This document shows, one piece after another, positions 19,285 to 28,810 of a stretch of DNA of 64,000 nt (the stretch's first letter is position 1; every line of letters starts with the position of its first letter). Location of the stretch: IMG/VR virus record IMGVR_UViG_3300041955_000566, one strand, 5' to 3'. The DNA is from an uncultured virus (IMG/VR IMGVR_UViG_3300041955_000566). Its lineage: Duplodnaviria > Heunggongvirae > Uroviricota > Caudoviricetes. The notes under the pieces were generated by a model, which did not search any database, had not been told where the DNA came from, and saw only the letters and a list, made by a program, of their open reading frames with translations. The position numbers and the translations under genes are program-made.

Positions 19285-19481
19285 AATTTATCTCTCTGTT
19301 CCGTGGTCATCATAGTCCGCAGCTTGCTGTCGTCACCCATGCGATCTAGAAAAACTTCGACAGGCTTCCCGGTGAACAATCTCGCGACGCGCTCCCACTC
19401 CAGAAGCAAATGATTGCGCTCGGTGAAGGTCAACCCAGTACCAAGGAATGTCACACGAACATGACAGGATTTGTCGGTCAC
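19281..19481 (-). CDS. Hypothetical protein
   Basis: 66 aa; start/stop overlaps with both neighbours. Confidence 0.6.
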   Translation of the reverse strand: MTDKSCHVRVTFLGTGLTFTERNHLLLEWERVARLFTGKPVEVFLDRMGDDSKLRTMMTTEQRDKL

Positions 19482-20098
19482 AATCTCTCCTCCAAAGCGT
19501 TAAACCCGGTCATTTCAGAAACATACTGCGATCCCATCCCAGCGGCATCTATCATCATTAATCCAACCATATCGGTAATCGCATGCAAAATTGTTTGATG
19601 TGCAAGTTCGATGTGTCCGTATGCCTTGGATGGCGTCCAAAAATTGATATCGCCGAGACGCCGGAGTTCATTGATTACATCAAACCCTGAAAATGTGATG
19701 ACTTTCATCTTCTTAAAGAACTTCGCGACATCACAGCACCGCAGGATATTTTTCGATTTTCCAGAACTGGATATTGCAATCAGAACATTATCCTTAGCTC
19801 CATGCAGGCTGATCTGATCGCTGAAAACACGCTCATAGCCGTGATCATTTGTCAGACAGGTCATCGCTGCAATATCGCTCAGCGTCATGGCGGCGATCCC
19901 GGCCCGCATCAGATCGATTGCAACATGGCTGGCGATGGCGGCTGATCCGCCATTACCGATGACAAAAACGCGATGAGACATGATGGCAGATGCAACATTT
20001 ATGACCGCCTGGCCGAGATTCCATTCTGCCCCGAATGGTGCCGCTGTGCAGACAGTACCTTCCACTGCAGCATTGAGATCGGCAAGATATTTTTTCAT
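19478..20098 (-). CDS. gmhA: Phosphoheptose (sedoheptulose-7-phosphate) isomerase, SIS domain
   Basis: GNGGSAAIASH, NDHGYERVFSDQ, ISSSGKSKN, ELAHQ. Confidence 0.88.
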   Translation of the reverse strand: MKKYLADLNAAVEGTVCTAAPFGAEWNLGQAVINVASAIMSHRVFVIGNGGSAAIASHVAIDLMRAGIAAMTLSDIAAMTCLTNDHGYERVFSDQISLHGAKDNVLIAISSSGKSKNILRCCDVAKFFKKMKVITFSGFDVINELRRLGDINFWTPSKAYGHIELAHQTILHAITDMVGLMMIDAAGMGSQYVSEMTGFNALEERL

Positions 20099-21504
20099 TT
20101 CAGCAGTGTTCCAGCAAATTTGAGAAGCGCTACTTTTTCCACGGAACTTCTGTGACCGAGGATGCCGACCTTGATGGCTCCGGCGGCGTTTCCGAGGAAA
20201 GCTATTTGCTCCATCGTCGCACCGGCCGCAGCCAATGGAGCCGTCACCGCAAAGAAAGCATCGCCGGCACCAACGGTATCTACCACGGTTTTTGTGAAGG
20301 CTGGGGCACGGATGAAACCTTCCACCGCGTTATGGCCGATGCAACCATGCTTGCCATTCGTGATGACGAGGTTATTGCACTTGATCCTATCCATCAGATC
20401 GCCGGCCAAAGTTTCCGAATCATCGACGCGCTCGGCCAGTGCAAGGCGCGCCTCTGGGGCATCGACGCAGATGTAATCCACCCCGATTCCGTATCGTGTG
20501 ATCAGGTTAAATCCGTGGTTTCCAGTATTGGTTTGTGCGTTCACGGCGAGAAACTTGGCGCGCTGCTTGAGGGTGTCGATCATCGCTGGAGTAACAAGAC
20601 CGTGGCCGAAATCTGTGACAATGACGACATCGTATTCCTCGACTGGAGCCACAAGGTAATTGCGACCGCCATCTGGGGAGGCTTGATAAACCTCAAACAA
20701 CTTCCGCATGTAATCCTTGTCGATGTACCGGATCTTGCGCGTCGGAGATCCGGTGACGATGTCCACCGTCTTGCAGAAGCTGGCGACGTGCTTGGCCGCG
20801 GCGTGGACGCCGCCGGCAAATTCTTCGCAGCTTTCCTCTTGAACGCAGATAATTGGTTCCTTGGAGGACTTCCCCATCGTGGAGACGTAGCGGTAGTCAT
20901 CTGTGATGGAATCTCCAATCATCAAAACGCGGTAATCCTTGACGCGGTCTAGTAGAGCAACCAAGTCGTCCAGCCGGATTCGTGATCGAAAGTCCCCCAG
21001 GTAAGCCGCCAAGTCCCCGTCATGGACCCCGAAGTGGCGGTTGAGGAGAACAGACGAAGAGTGCGTTTCCTCATCAGTGAACTCAACGCGACCCCCGAAA
21101 GCAATGACCGCATCATATTCCTTTTTGAAATTTCCAGTGATGTCGGTATCGGCATATTCGATCCCCTTCACATAGATATCCGGCCGCAGTGCAGCGATCG
21201 CCGGCAATGCCGTGGCGTCGTGCACAATCGAAACGGCATCTACAAAATCAAGCGCGGCCAGCATCTCGGCGCGTTGATGTTCGTTGAAGACAGGGCGTCC
21301 AGGACCGCGATTGATGTCGGCATCGGCGGTGATGGTGACGACAAGCCATGCTCCCATCGCCTTGGCGGCGCGGAGGTGGTGCACATGGCCGATGTGGAGG
21401 AGATCAAAGGTCCCGTGGCAAAGAACCGCTGGACGGCAGCAGCGCTCGGTTAAATCTCCGAGCGCCACAATCTTTGATCTGGCGGTAGCCGATTTCAGCA
21501 TCAC
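20095..21504 (-). CDS. hldE: Bifunctional nucleotidyltransferase + PfkB kinase (HldE/RfaE-like, reversed domain order)
   Basis: HGTFDLLHIGH...GPGRPV...PDIYVKG at the N-terminus; DTVGAGD at the C-terminus. Confidence 0.85.
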   Translation of the reverse strand: MMLKSATARSKIVALGDLTERCCRPAVLCHGTFDLLHIGHVHHLRAAKAMGAWLVVTITADADINRGPGRPVFNEHQRAEMLAALDFVDAVSIVHDATALPAIAALRPDIYVKGIEYADTDITGNFKKEYDAVIAFGGRVEFTDEETHSSSVLLNRHFGVHDGDLAAYLGDFRSRIRLDDLVALLDRVKDYRVLMIGDSITDDYRYVSTMGKSSKEPIICVQEESCEEFAGGVHAAAKHVASFCKTVDIVTGSPTRKIRYIDKDYMRKLFEVYQASPDGGRNYLVAPVEEYDVVIVTDFGHGLVTPAMIDTLKQRAKFLAVNAQTNTGNHGFNLITRYGIGVDYICVDAPEARLALAERVDDSETLAGDLMDRIKCNNLVITNGKHGCIGHNAVEGFIRAPAFTKTVVDTVGAGDAFFAVTAPLAAAGATMEQIAFLGNAAGAIKVGILGHRSSVEKVALLKFAGTLLK

Positions 21505-21530
21505 CGCCTCCAGAATGATGGTAGGAAAAA

Positions 21531-22013
21531 TTACTCGGCGACGGCGGCTTCTGCTTCGCCTTTGGCGAGATGGCCGGTCACCAACTTCTTCGGCATCCTG
21601 CGGTCGTTGTCCGGTGTCAGCGCCTGCAATCCGCTCTGGATGTCCTTAAACTCTCTGGCCTTTGCCTTGACACCCTCCGTTGTCGTCGCCGCAAAGATGA
21701 GATGGTTTTTCACCATCGAGGTATCCTTGTTCTGCTCCATCCAGGCATCGAAGAAGTCCTTGTCGACGCCGAAGGTCAGCGCGGACCCATTCGCCATTTG
21801 CGGGCGATCCGGCATGCCTTCGGGAAGCTGCCCATTGGGGTAAGCCGTTCCGTTGATGACGACGACCTTCCCAGACTTCGTCCATTGATCCTCGACCCAT
21901 GCCGTGTTGCCGTTCTTCATCTGCACGGTTCGTTTCGTGCAGCACTGCATCTCGAACGACATCGGTAATTTGCTTGCTACGGTGACTTTTGCTCCCGCGG
22001 TAGCCATGATCAC
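21531..22013 (-). CDS. Conserved post-capsid phage protein
   Basis: VASKLP...LTFGVDKDFFDAW..QNKD...IFA pattern; position after the capsid gene. Confidence 0.7.
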   Translation of the reverse strand: MIMATAGAKVTVASKLPMSFEMQCCTKRTVQMKNGNTAWVEDQWTKSGKVVVINGTAYPNGQLPEGMPDRPQMANGSALTFGVDKDFFDAWMEQNKDTSMVKNHLIFAATTTEGVKAKAREFKDIQSGLQALTPDNDRRMPKKLVTGHLAKGEAEAAVAE

Positions 22014-22273
22014 TCCTGTTGCTGTGCTTCGGCGACGATCAACTCGTTAATCACGAATCCGCCTGTTTTGTTGGCCTCGAACCATTTCCGCCAGAACTCG
22101 CCGTCGATCCTGTTGCGACCCGGTTTGACGTGAACACCGTCTCCGTTGCGGCGCGCCGTCGGTGTCCCGGATACATTCTGAGAGAATCCGATATGCTCGC
22201 CCTCAACCATATCGTAGAGGCGAAGCTCGATGGCGTTCTGCAGCCTGCTGACGACGACGACTTCCATCGACAC
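22010..22273 (-). CDS. Small post-capsid protein, apparent paralog of 21531-22013
   Basis: VVVVSRL...IDGEFWRKWFEANK...LIVA mirrors its neighbour. Confidence 0.65.
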   Translation of the reverse strand: MSMEVVVVSRLQNAIELRLYDMVEGEHIGFSQNVSGTPTARRNGDGVHVKPGRNRIDGEFWRKWFEANKTGGFVINELIVAEAQQQE

Positions 22274-22279
22274 CCCTTT

Positions 22280-23371
22280 TTAGATGCCGAGCATCCCTGT
22301 GACTCCTAACGGCATCCTCAGAATCGATCCCCATGTGCCACTGGTCGTTTTCTGCTTCCAGGCCGATGGTTCCGCGATGATTTTGTGGGCGCGGAGCTTC
22401 TCGTTGAAAGCGGCGTAGGCGACGCGTTGACCCTGGATTTCGTCGACGATGAGTTGCATCGCGTTGCCGGCGAGGGAGTAACCCTGCGGATTGGTTGCGG
22501 TTTGCTGCCCGTACTGCGGTGCGGTTTCAATCCGCATATTCGGAAACCCCTCCTTGAGGAGATCGCGGACAGAGACACCGAAGCTGTTTGCGAAGCGGAG
22601 CGCCAGTGCCGATGTCGGCGACAGCGCCAATGTCATCTTGTCGTCCAACTCAACCGTGCCATTGGTCTGCTGGATCAGTTTCTCGACCAGAGAAACGATG
22701 TCATTGTAGACTTCATTCGCCGTGGCGTTCGGCGCCGTTCCACTGAACCATGTCGTACCGCCGGCCGCTTTCGTTGCCGGGGTAATGTAGGATGACAGGA
22801 ATGGATTGTTGATGATGCCATAATTCTGCAGCCCGGCGACACCGAAGGCATAACTCAGGTTCTGGTAACGGTTGAGGAGCCCTGCTGCAGAGACACCGAG
22901 TTCGCTGACATAGTTGATCTTGGCCAGCCCAGCCCGTTCCAGCTCGCGCTCACCGTACCGCACGAAGGTCTGGAAGAGATAGGACTGGAAGTTCGGGAAG
23001 TTCAGGTTGACGCCGGCACGACCGTTATTGTTGAAGTCTCCGTAACTGGAAACCTCGCCGGTCTCTTCAACGACTGGGAAGATACGGGTTTCTTCGAGCC
23101 AATCGCCAGCCTTCCGTTCGGTCAGGATCTTGGCAAAGTTCAGCGGAGTAAAGACAACGCGGATGACCTGCGGATCGATGACCGTAGTCAGGAACGCCGG
23201 GATCGACGCGCTGGGATCGGTGGACAGCGTCGGCTGGGCGTCCATCGCCATCCGGTAGTCGCGCTTCCACTCATCCGGCAAATACATCGTAACGCCGGGG
23301 AGGACGATGCCCTTTTCTTCGAGCATCGCCTTATCGGCTTGCCACTCGGTCCTGGCTTCGTGAAGATTCAT
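22280..23371 (-). CDS. Major capsid protein (DUF2184-type)
   Basis: 363 aa; AMDAQP, KAGDW, GEVSSYGD, ERELERAG, GIINNP; follows the decoration gene. Confidence 0.88.
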   Translation of the reverse strand: MNLHEARTEWQADKAMLEEKGIVLPGVTMYLPDEWKRDYRMAMDAQPTLSTDPSASIPAFLTTVIDPQVIRVVFTPLNFAKILTERKAGDWLEETRIFPVVEETGEVSSYGDFNNNGRAGVNLNFPNFQSYLFQTFVRYGERELERAGLAKINYVSELGVSAAGLLNRYQNLSYAFGVAGLQNYGIINNPFLSSYITPATKAAGGTTWFSGTAPNATANEVYNDIVSLVEKLIQQTNGTVELDDKMTLALSPTSALALRFANSFGVSVRDLLKEGFPNMRIETAPQYGQQTATNPQGYSLAGNAMQLIVDEIQGQRVAYAAFNEKLRAHKIIAEPSAWKQKTTSGTWGSILRMPLGVTGMLGI

Positions 23372-23414
23372 TTTGCAGCTCCTGTTGCAAGCGTTCCGGT
23401 GTCAGCTCTCTGAA

Positions 23415-24389
23415 TCAACCGACGGGATGGTCGGAAATTTTCACCAATTCCCCGTTCAGGCCGGTGCTTCGCGCATACCATTTAGTTTCATAGGCGACGT
23501 TGCCCTGAATGGCATGCGATGTCTGCGATGTCGTTCCGCTGTTGACGGCAAACGTCGATCCGGTGAGGCCGGCACCAGTGATCAGGTAAGTCAGGACAGG
23601 CGGTGGGCTGGTCGACAGTGTGGTACCACCGCTGAGATACATACCGACGGCAAATGGGGTCGAGGCATTGGTACCGACGGTGTAGACACCGTAGCTGCCA
23701 CCGATCGTGGTACCGGCCGCGACATTCTGTTCGTCGATGTCAAGCGCATAGGTGCCATTGCCACCGGTGCCGGTAGTACCAGCGGTACCGTATGGCTGGA
23801 CGTAACCAGCACCATTGCTGCTGAGCAATGCGCCTGGATAGACGACACCAGCGCTGACGTTGGTGACGGTCAGGATATCGTTGCTGATGCTGCCGGTAAC
23901 TGTCAGTGTGGTCGCGACGACGGCACCACCGCTGGTATCATTGGCACCGCCAGGATTGCTGCCGGCCGCCCCGAAGGAGACCTTGCCGGTGGTCAGGTTG
24001 GCAAATGCCTTGTATCCGATGTCGGCTTCTGCGGATCCTGTATTGACAACCCAGAAGTCGCCGCCAGTCATCAAAGTCATTGGCTGGCCTTGGAGAATGG
24101 TCATGCTGGCATCAGCCAAATACGTGATGATGCTGGCCTGCATGGCGCGCTGCACAAATCCGGCAACCGGACCGAAGCCGTAGTTTTGCGCCGCCGTCGG
24201 GGTGCCATCGGGATCATCTGGCGGATAGGTCCAAGCGAAGACACCGACGTCGCACCCACCGCTGCCGGCGACGAGACCGCCTGGACCGGCATCGTAGGTG
24301 AAGTACGGATTTTGCGATGCAAAATCACCTGCGATGGCCATCGCAGGTTGATTGAAGGCAAATTGTTGAAATCCACCGGATCCGCTCAT
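23415..24389 (-). CDS. Capsid decoration/cement protein
   Basis: GFQQ...AGDFASQNP...AGPGGLVAG...GDFWV; directly upstream of the MCP. Confidence 0.75.
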   Translation of the reverse strand: MSGSGGFQQFAFNQPAMAIAGDFASQNPYFTYDAGPGGLVAGSGGCDVGVFAWTYPPDDPDGTPTAAQNYGFGPVAGFVQRAMQASIITYLADASMTILQGQPMTLMTGGDFWVVNTGSAEADIGYKAFANLTTGKVSFGAAGSNPGGANDTSGGAVVATTLTVTGSISNDILTVTNVSAGVVYPGALLSSNGAGYVQPYGTAGTTGTGGNGTYALDIDEQNVAAGTTIGGSYGVYTVGTNASTPFAVGMYLSGGTTLSTSPPPVLTYLITGAGLTGSTFAVNSGTTSQTSHAIQGNVAYETKWYARSTGLNGELVKISDHPVG

Positions 24390-24449
24390 GTCTTTGGTCT
24401 CCTCAGAAAGTTGCGAGGGGAGGCCACTCGGCCTCCGCGGTTAAACGGT

Positions 24450-25538
24450 TCAAGCGGACTGGATACGCTCGCTGCCGGGATACTTCTTGGCGAAGGCATC
24501 AACAGCGGCGGCATCCATGCCGAGAGTTTGTTCTCGCTCGACTGGTTTTGCACCGGCCTTCGGAAGCAATGACAGCATGGCCCGGAACGCCGATGGATGA
24601 ACATCTTTGATTTCGACGTTACGCATCGTGAGCGCCTGCTTGTAGACATCCTCGGCGCTGTCGAAAGCCATCGATGGCGAGATCTCGCCGACGAATGGCT
24701 TGACGTCCTGGAGCGCGGCGCGGATCTTGCGCTCGGTATCCCGGACTTCGGCCTTCGCGGCTTTGATCGCGGCGTCCATCGCCGGCTTCTTGACCATGTC
24801 CTTCATTTCCTCGTCCTTGGCTTTGAGGGCATCCTCGGCAGCCTTTGCGGCTTCCTTGGCGGCCTTCTCTTCCTCAGACTTGTCGCCGACCTGCGCGGCC
24901 TTGGCTGCTGCAGCCTTGGCTGCTTTCTCTTCCTCGGTCTCTTCGTCCATCGCCGGCTTCGGAAGCATGTCCATCGCCTTGGTGATGTCTTCGTCGCCGA
25001 GGCCCTTTTCCTTGAGGAAATTTTTCAGCGGCTCAGCATCGAAGGTCTTGCCTTTGTCGGCCTTCATGAACTCTTCGCCGACACCCTTCGGAATACCGAG
25101 ATTGCTGTTGCCACCAGCGGCGGCACCCATCGCATTGTGCTGGGCCTCGGATACCGATTCGTCGGCGCTTTCCTGCTTCATGGCTGGTTCCAAAGCATCG
25201 AGCATGTCGGCGACGTGCTGGATGCTGGCATCCTTCGCTAGTTTACCCTTCAGCGCGGAGTCCAGTGCCAACTTGACATCCTTCGCCTTGAAATTTTTGG
25301 TGGTGATACCTGCGAAGACCGGGAGCAAGTCGATCTTGGCATCTTTTGCGAGGACCGGCTTGATGTGACTCGCGGTGAGCGCGAGGAGAGTTGCGGCGAG
25401 ACGTGTCGGCTTCGCGGTCATTGTGTTCTCCGTGCGGTGGGCATCGCGTATCAAGCTTTCATCCAAGCCTAATGCTTGGAGCGCAAGCTTCGGGTTGTTA
25501 TGAAACTTCTCGCGGAGCGCCGTACCAAGCTTGGTCAC
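24450..25538 (-). CDS. Capsid scaffolding protein (alternative start 25421)
   Basis: Lys/Ala/Glu coiled coil, PAMDAA, VKPFVGE..MAFDSAEDVY; lies between protease and decoration genes. Confidence 0.75.
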   Translation of the reverse strand: MTKLGTALREKFHNNPKLALQALGLDESLIRDAHRTENTMTAKPTRLAATLLALTASHIKPVLAKDAKIDLLPVFAGITTKNFKAKDVKLALDSALKGKLAKDASIQHVADMLDALEPAMKQESADESVSEAQHNAMGAAAGGNSNLGIPKGVGEEFMKADKGKTFDAEPLKNFLKEKGLGDEDITKAMDMLPKPAMDEETEEEKAAKAAAAKAAQVGDKSEEEKAAKEAAKAAEDALKAKDEEMKDMVKKPAMDAAIKAAKAEVRDTERKIRAALQDVKPFVGEISPSMAFDSAEDVYKQALTMRNVEIKDVHPSAFRAMLSLLPKAGAKPVEREQTLGMDAAAVDAFAKKYPGSERIQSA

Positions 25539-25623
25539 CTGAGAATCTTCCCGAAGCGAAAACAGTTCAGCAATAAATGAACTATTTTATGTTGCGGGGC
25601 TAGTGCGTGGGGAACGTATAGGA

Positions 25624-25842
25624 TTAGGAAGCTACGGCGAGTGCTTCTCGAACCGCATCAGGCGAATGAGAGATAATTGAAAGCAGCGCTCTCGCCGCCT
25701 TGTCTGGGCAGCACCGTCCTTGTTCCCATTGCTGAAGGGTTCTCAGATTGAAACCAAATTTGTCAGCAAATTCCGGCTGACTCATTTGCAGACTATGGCG
25801 AAGCTTTTTAACGTCAACCACGGATATTTGAACCTTAAGCAT
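25624..25842 (-). CDS. XRE-family HTH protein
   Basis: LRHSLQMSQPEFA..FG..LRTLQQWEQGR..P. Confidence 0.85.
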   Translation of the reverse strand: MLKVQISVVDVKKLRHSLQMSQPEFADKFGFNLRTLQQWEQGRCCPDKAARALLSIISHSPDAVREALAVAS

Positions 25843-27634
25843 TGGTCATCAATTCCGTTAGGGCGTCCTCGATGATGGCCCACTGCAATTCGACGGAGTT
25901 GTCTCCGACGATGATGTCGGTTCCCTGCCGACCATCCTCGACGAGTGCCAGATGATTGAAAACGATATCAGTCATCCTGCCATCATATGGTTCACCATTA
26001 AATTTGCCAGGTTCCATGATTGGCTTGTAATGATAGCCAGGACTCAGCTCGCGCTTTTCTCCTGATTCGATTCCGTTGATGTCATCGGCAGCCCAGATTG
26101 TCAGACCGTTTTTGATGTATGGATCATCAAACGTGGCTGTTGTCCCAACTGCTCCGGCGACGTCCCACGGTTTGTGGTCGTCAACGCTGACGGGGATATG
26201 CTTCCGCAAAATCTGGACACCATTGACGCTCGGTGTCGCCTTTTCAAGTTCCTCCGGAGGTCGGAGCATCTGATAGATTTTATCCGGATCGAGCCCAAGT
26301 TCCTTGTAGCCTGGGATTTCGTCGCCCTTATACGGCGAGATGCATGCCTTGCAGATGTTCGCCACGGCAATGTGCAGACGCCCATCTTTATCCTTTTGGC
26401 GGACCGAGTCGCGATCCAGTGCCAGTCGCAGGGCGGAATCGGTGGCCGTGCATTCATCCTCGCCTTCCCCGGCACCAAACTCACGTTCGCGAATTGAATC
26501 CGCACGATTGGCCAGCGATTCGTTCCCATTCATGCGGGCGCGCCGCGCCGCGGCGAGCAGCATCTTGCGGGTGTACTTCCATTCACCGTCGGACTTTTCC
26601 TTGACCGGATACTTCCGACTCGCCGGCATCAGGAAAACACTAGCCGGCATCTCGTCACGCTTCTCGCTGCCTACGGTGCCGATGGCGGCTTCCTGGCGCT
26701 CGCTCAGTTTGCCGTGGGCGGTGTCCTTTTCGCTGAGATCATCGGCAACGCATTCCACGGCATCTTCTGTAACACCTGATTTTCTGTGCCACAGGCGTGA
26801 TTCGACATTTCCAGGCTTTCCGTAATCCGAGTGATGTGTGTATTCAGCGGAGTGCTCTCCGCTTCCGATATGCTTTCCGACCTTTCCTGTCGCCGAATAT
26901 GTTTTACCCTTATGCGAAAGGGTAGCCGGATGCGACCCACCACCACCTGATGTAAATTGGCCAGTACTAGGATCGTGCTTTGTCTCAGCATCGCCGGCTT
27001 GGCCGTCGTCTTCATCGTTGAAGAACTTCAGCTTGAGACTTTTGACGCCACCTTCATCGGTGGCCCCATTGTCGACGATACGATCCAGCGTGGCCTTGAC
27101 GCCGGGATGCAGCGGTTGCGGTGCCTGGTTCAGATGCGCCCAGGTGTAGTCATCGTGTTCATCATCAAGCGTCGGGACGAATGGCTCCGGTAGCCGGTGA
27201 TGGTAGGTGGCAAAATTCACACTCTCTCCGCTCAGCGCTTCATGGATAGGATTTTCATCCATCTCGGCGAGATGCTTCGGATCGACACCGGTTTCCTCGG
27301 CGGCCTCCCGTTTCGCGGCGTCATGGTAGCTTTCATCGGCTTCGACGCCCCCACCAGGAAAGCACCACTCCCCGGCATGATCACCGGTTCCGGATCGCTT
27401 GACGAACAGCGCCCGCCCATCGGGTGCCGTCATCATCAAGCCGGCAGCCGGGATGGCATCATCCTCGGCGTGCTCGGATTCCTGCGCTTCCTCGCCGAGA
27501 AACTTGATCAGACCGCCGACCAGTCCGCGCCAATCCTCGGGTATCATATCCCTGGCCTCGAGCGCATCCATAGCCTTCTTGCGGATGTTGGCAGGGATGC
27601 CAGCGGATGCTGTCGTCGAAAGAGCGGGCTGCAT
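25835..27634 (-). CDS. Nudix hydrolase fused to DUF2213 (putative prohead protease)
   Basis: Nudix box GGGVEADESYHDAAKREAAEETG; C-terminal DGRLH..RPPEEL..KRELSPGY..NHLALVEDGRQG. Confidence 0.85.
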   Translation of the reverse strand: MQPALSTTASAGIPANIRKKAMDALEARDMIPEDWRGLVGGLIKFLGEEAQESEHAEDDAIPAAGLMMTAPDGRALFVKRSGTGDHAGEWCFPGGGVEADESYHDAAKREAAEETGVDPKHLAEMDENPIHEALSGESVNFATYHHRLPEPFVPTLDDEHDDYTWAHLNQAPQPLHPGVKATLDRIVDNGATDEGGVKSLKLKFFNDEDDGQAGDAETKHDPSTGQFTSGGGGSHPATLSHKGKTYSATGKVGKHIGSGEHSAEYTHHSDYGKPGNVESRLWHRKSGVTEDAVECVADDLSEKDTAHGKLSERQEAAIGTVGSEKRDEMPASVFLMPASRKYPVKEKSDGEWKYTRKMLLAAARRARMNGNESLANRADSIREREFGAGEGEDECTATDSALRLALDRDSVRQKDKDGRLHIAVANICKACISPYKGDEIPGYKELGLDPDKIYQMLRPPEELEKATPSVNGVQILRKHIPVSVDDHKPWDVAGAVGTTATFDDPYIKNGLTIWAADDINGIESGEKRELSPGYHYKPIMEPGKFNGEPYDGRMTDIVFNHLALVEDGRQGTDIIVGDNSVELQWAIIEDALTELMTNA

Positions 27635-27636
27635 GG

Positions 27637-27888
27637 TCAGTGTCCCGGACCATTCGGATGATCCCAAGGTCGCGGATAGTATGGCGGGTAGTAAACCGGC
27701 GGCGGAACGTAAACTTGGGGCGGCGTATAGACTGGAGCCGGTGCTGCCACGCACTCGTAGTAGCCCTGCGCGGTCGCGGTCGGTGCCACCCATTGGAACA
27801 GGTTGCTAGGGCACGGTGCACTTGGTGCCTGCGCCTGCGCGGTGCCGACAATGAATACCGTCAGGATCAGCGCGAGAAAGACTTTCAT
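27637..27888 (-). CDS. Small exported Pro/Tyr-rich protein
   Basis: GGAGG RBS; signal peptide MKVFLALILTVFIVGTAQA. Confidence 0.65.
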   Translation of the reverse strand: MKVFLALILTVFIVGTAQAQAPSAPCPSNLFQWVAPTATAQGYYECVAAPAPVYTPPQVYVPPPVYYPPYYPRPWDHPNGPGH

Positions 27889-27932
27889 GTGATGGCCTCC
27901 TGTAGTGATTCGTATCATAACGGATTTGGCGT

Positions 27933-28118
27933 CTAACTTCTCTGCCCTAAGTTTCGACGGAACCTAGCACATTCCTTATCGATCTTGATCTTGGCGTCGG
28001 CGACGCAAATCGCGCAGCGATACTTCGGCGTCTGCCGCTTCCCAGTGGCACCATACCACATCATGGGAATGTCGTGCTTGCCGCAGCGGGGTGGCGGTTT
28101 TTTCTGGACGTCGTTCAC
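27933..28118 (-). CDS. Small Zn-ribbon protein
   Basis: CGKH...CAIC; coupled to the upstream stop codon. Confidence 0.55.
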   Translation of the reverse strand: MNDVQKKPPPRCGKHDIPMMWYGATGKRQTPKYRCAICVADAKIKIDKECARFRRNLGQRS

Positions 28119-28810
28119 GGTAATCCCCGGCCATCGACGCCGCGATTGGCGAGGTCCTTTGTGAAGTGCCCCGGTGGTGCGCCGTTGATTCCAAGAAATC
28201 CATATTTTTTTGAATAATGATTTGGAATTTTGCCTATTGCTCGTATCTGTCCAGATCGCATCATGTCAAAAACTTTTGCTCTACCGATATGAAGCGATCG
28301 ACACAACTTTGCGATGCTTTCGTATATAACGCCTTGGTATTCTATCTTGATTGTGCTGGCATTTCGTTCAGCACAGTAAGATCCACTCGCTTGTCTGGTG
28401 GCCACCATCCGAGAAAAATATTCATCACTTTTTCGATTACGATGCCATTTCTTCCTGGCTTCTGAGCACCGAAGTTTATGCACGGCTGTCATTTTCCGAC
28501 CAGCAAATGATGGCGGCAAATCTCCTCCTGGAGTTACGTTATATCCTATTCCTCGAAGATTTGCTCCGGTGGCCGCGATCATAGCTATCTCTGCCGCCAA
28601 CCCTTCTTTCATCGTCGAATATCTTCCTATTATTTCGATCTTAAAAGATGTTTCACCATATTTTCTAATTGCCTTATGCAAAGGCAATGATGATCCACGT
28701 CTAGCCTCCCACACATGTTCTTTGAAACGCTGAATTGAAGTTCTAGAAGTAAATCCCAAATAAATTAGTCCGCTTGGTGCTGTTAGTTTGTAAATCAAAT
28801 ATCTCTTCAT
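28115..28810 (-). CDS. GIY-YIG homing endonuclease
   Basis: LIYKLT...IYLGFT...R..EH...AIRKYG...GYNVTPGG; AT-rich. Confidence 0.88.
   Translation of the reverse strand: MKRYLIYKLTAPSGLIYLGFTSRTSIQRFKEHVWEARRGSSLPLHKAIRKYGETSFKIEIIGRYSTMKEGLAAEIAMIAATGANLRGIGYNVTPGGDLPPSFAGRKMTAVHKLRCSEARKKWHRNRKSDEYFSRMVATRQASGSYCAERNASTIKIEYQGVIYESIAKLCRSLHIGRAKVFDMMRSGQIRAIGKIPNHYSKKYGFLGINGAPPGHFTKDLANRGVDGRGLP

Noticed and set aside
23373..25368. Plus-strand ORFs of 399, 214 and 222 aa
   Set aside because: Antisense shadows of GC3-rich structural genes.
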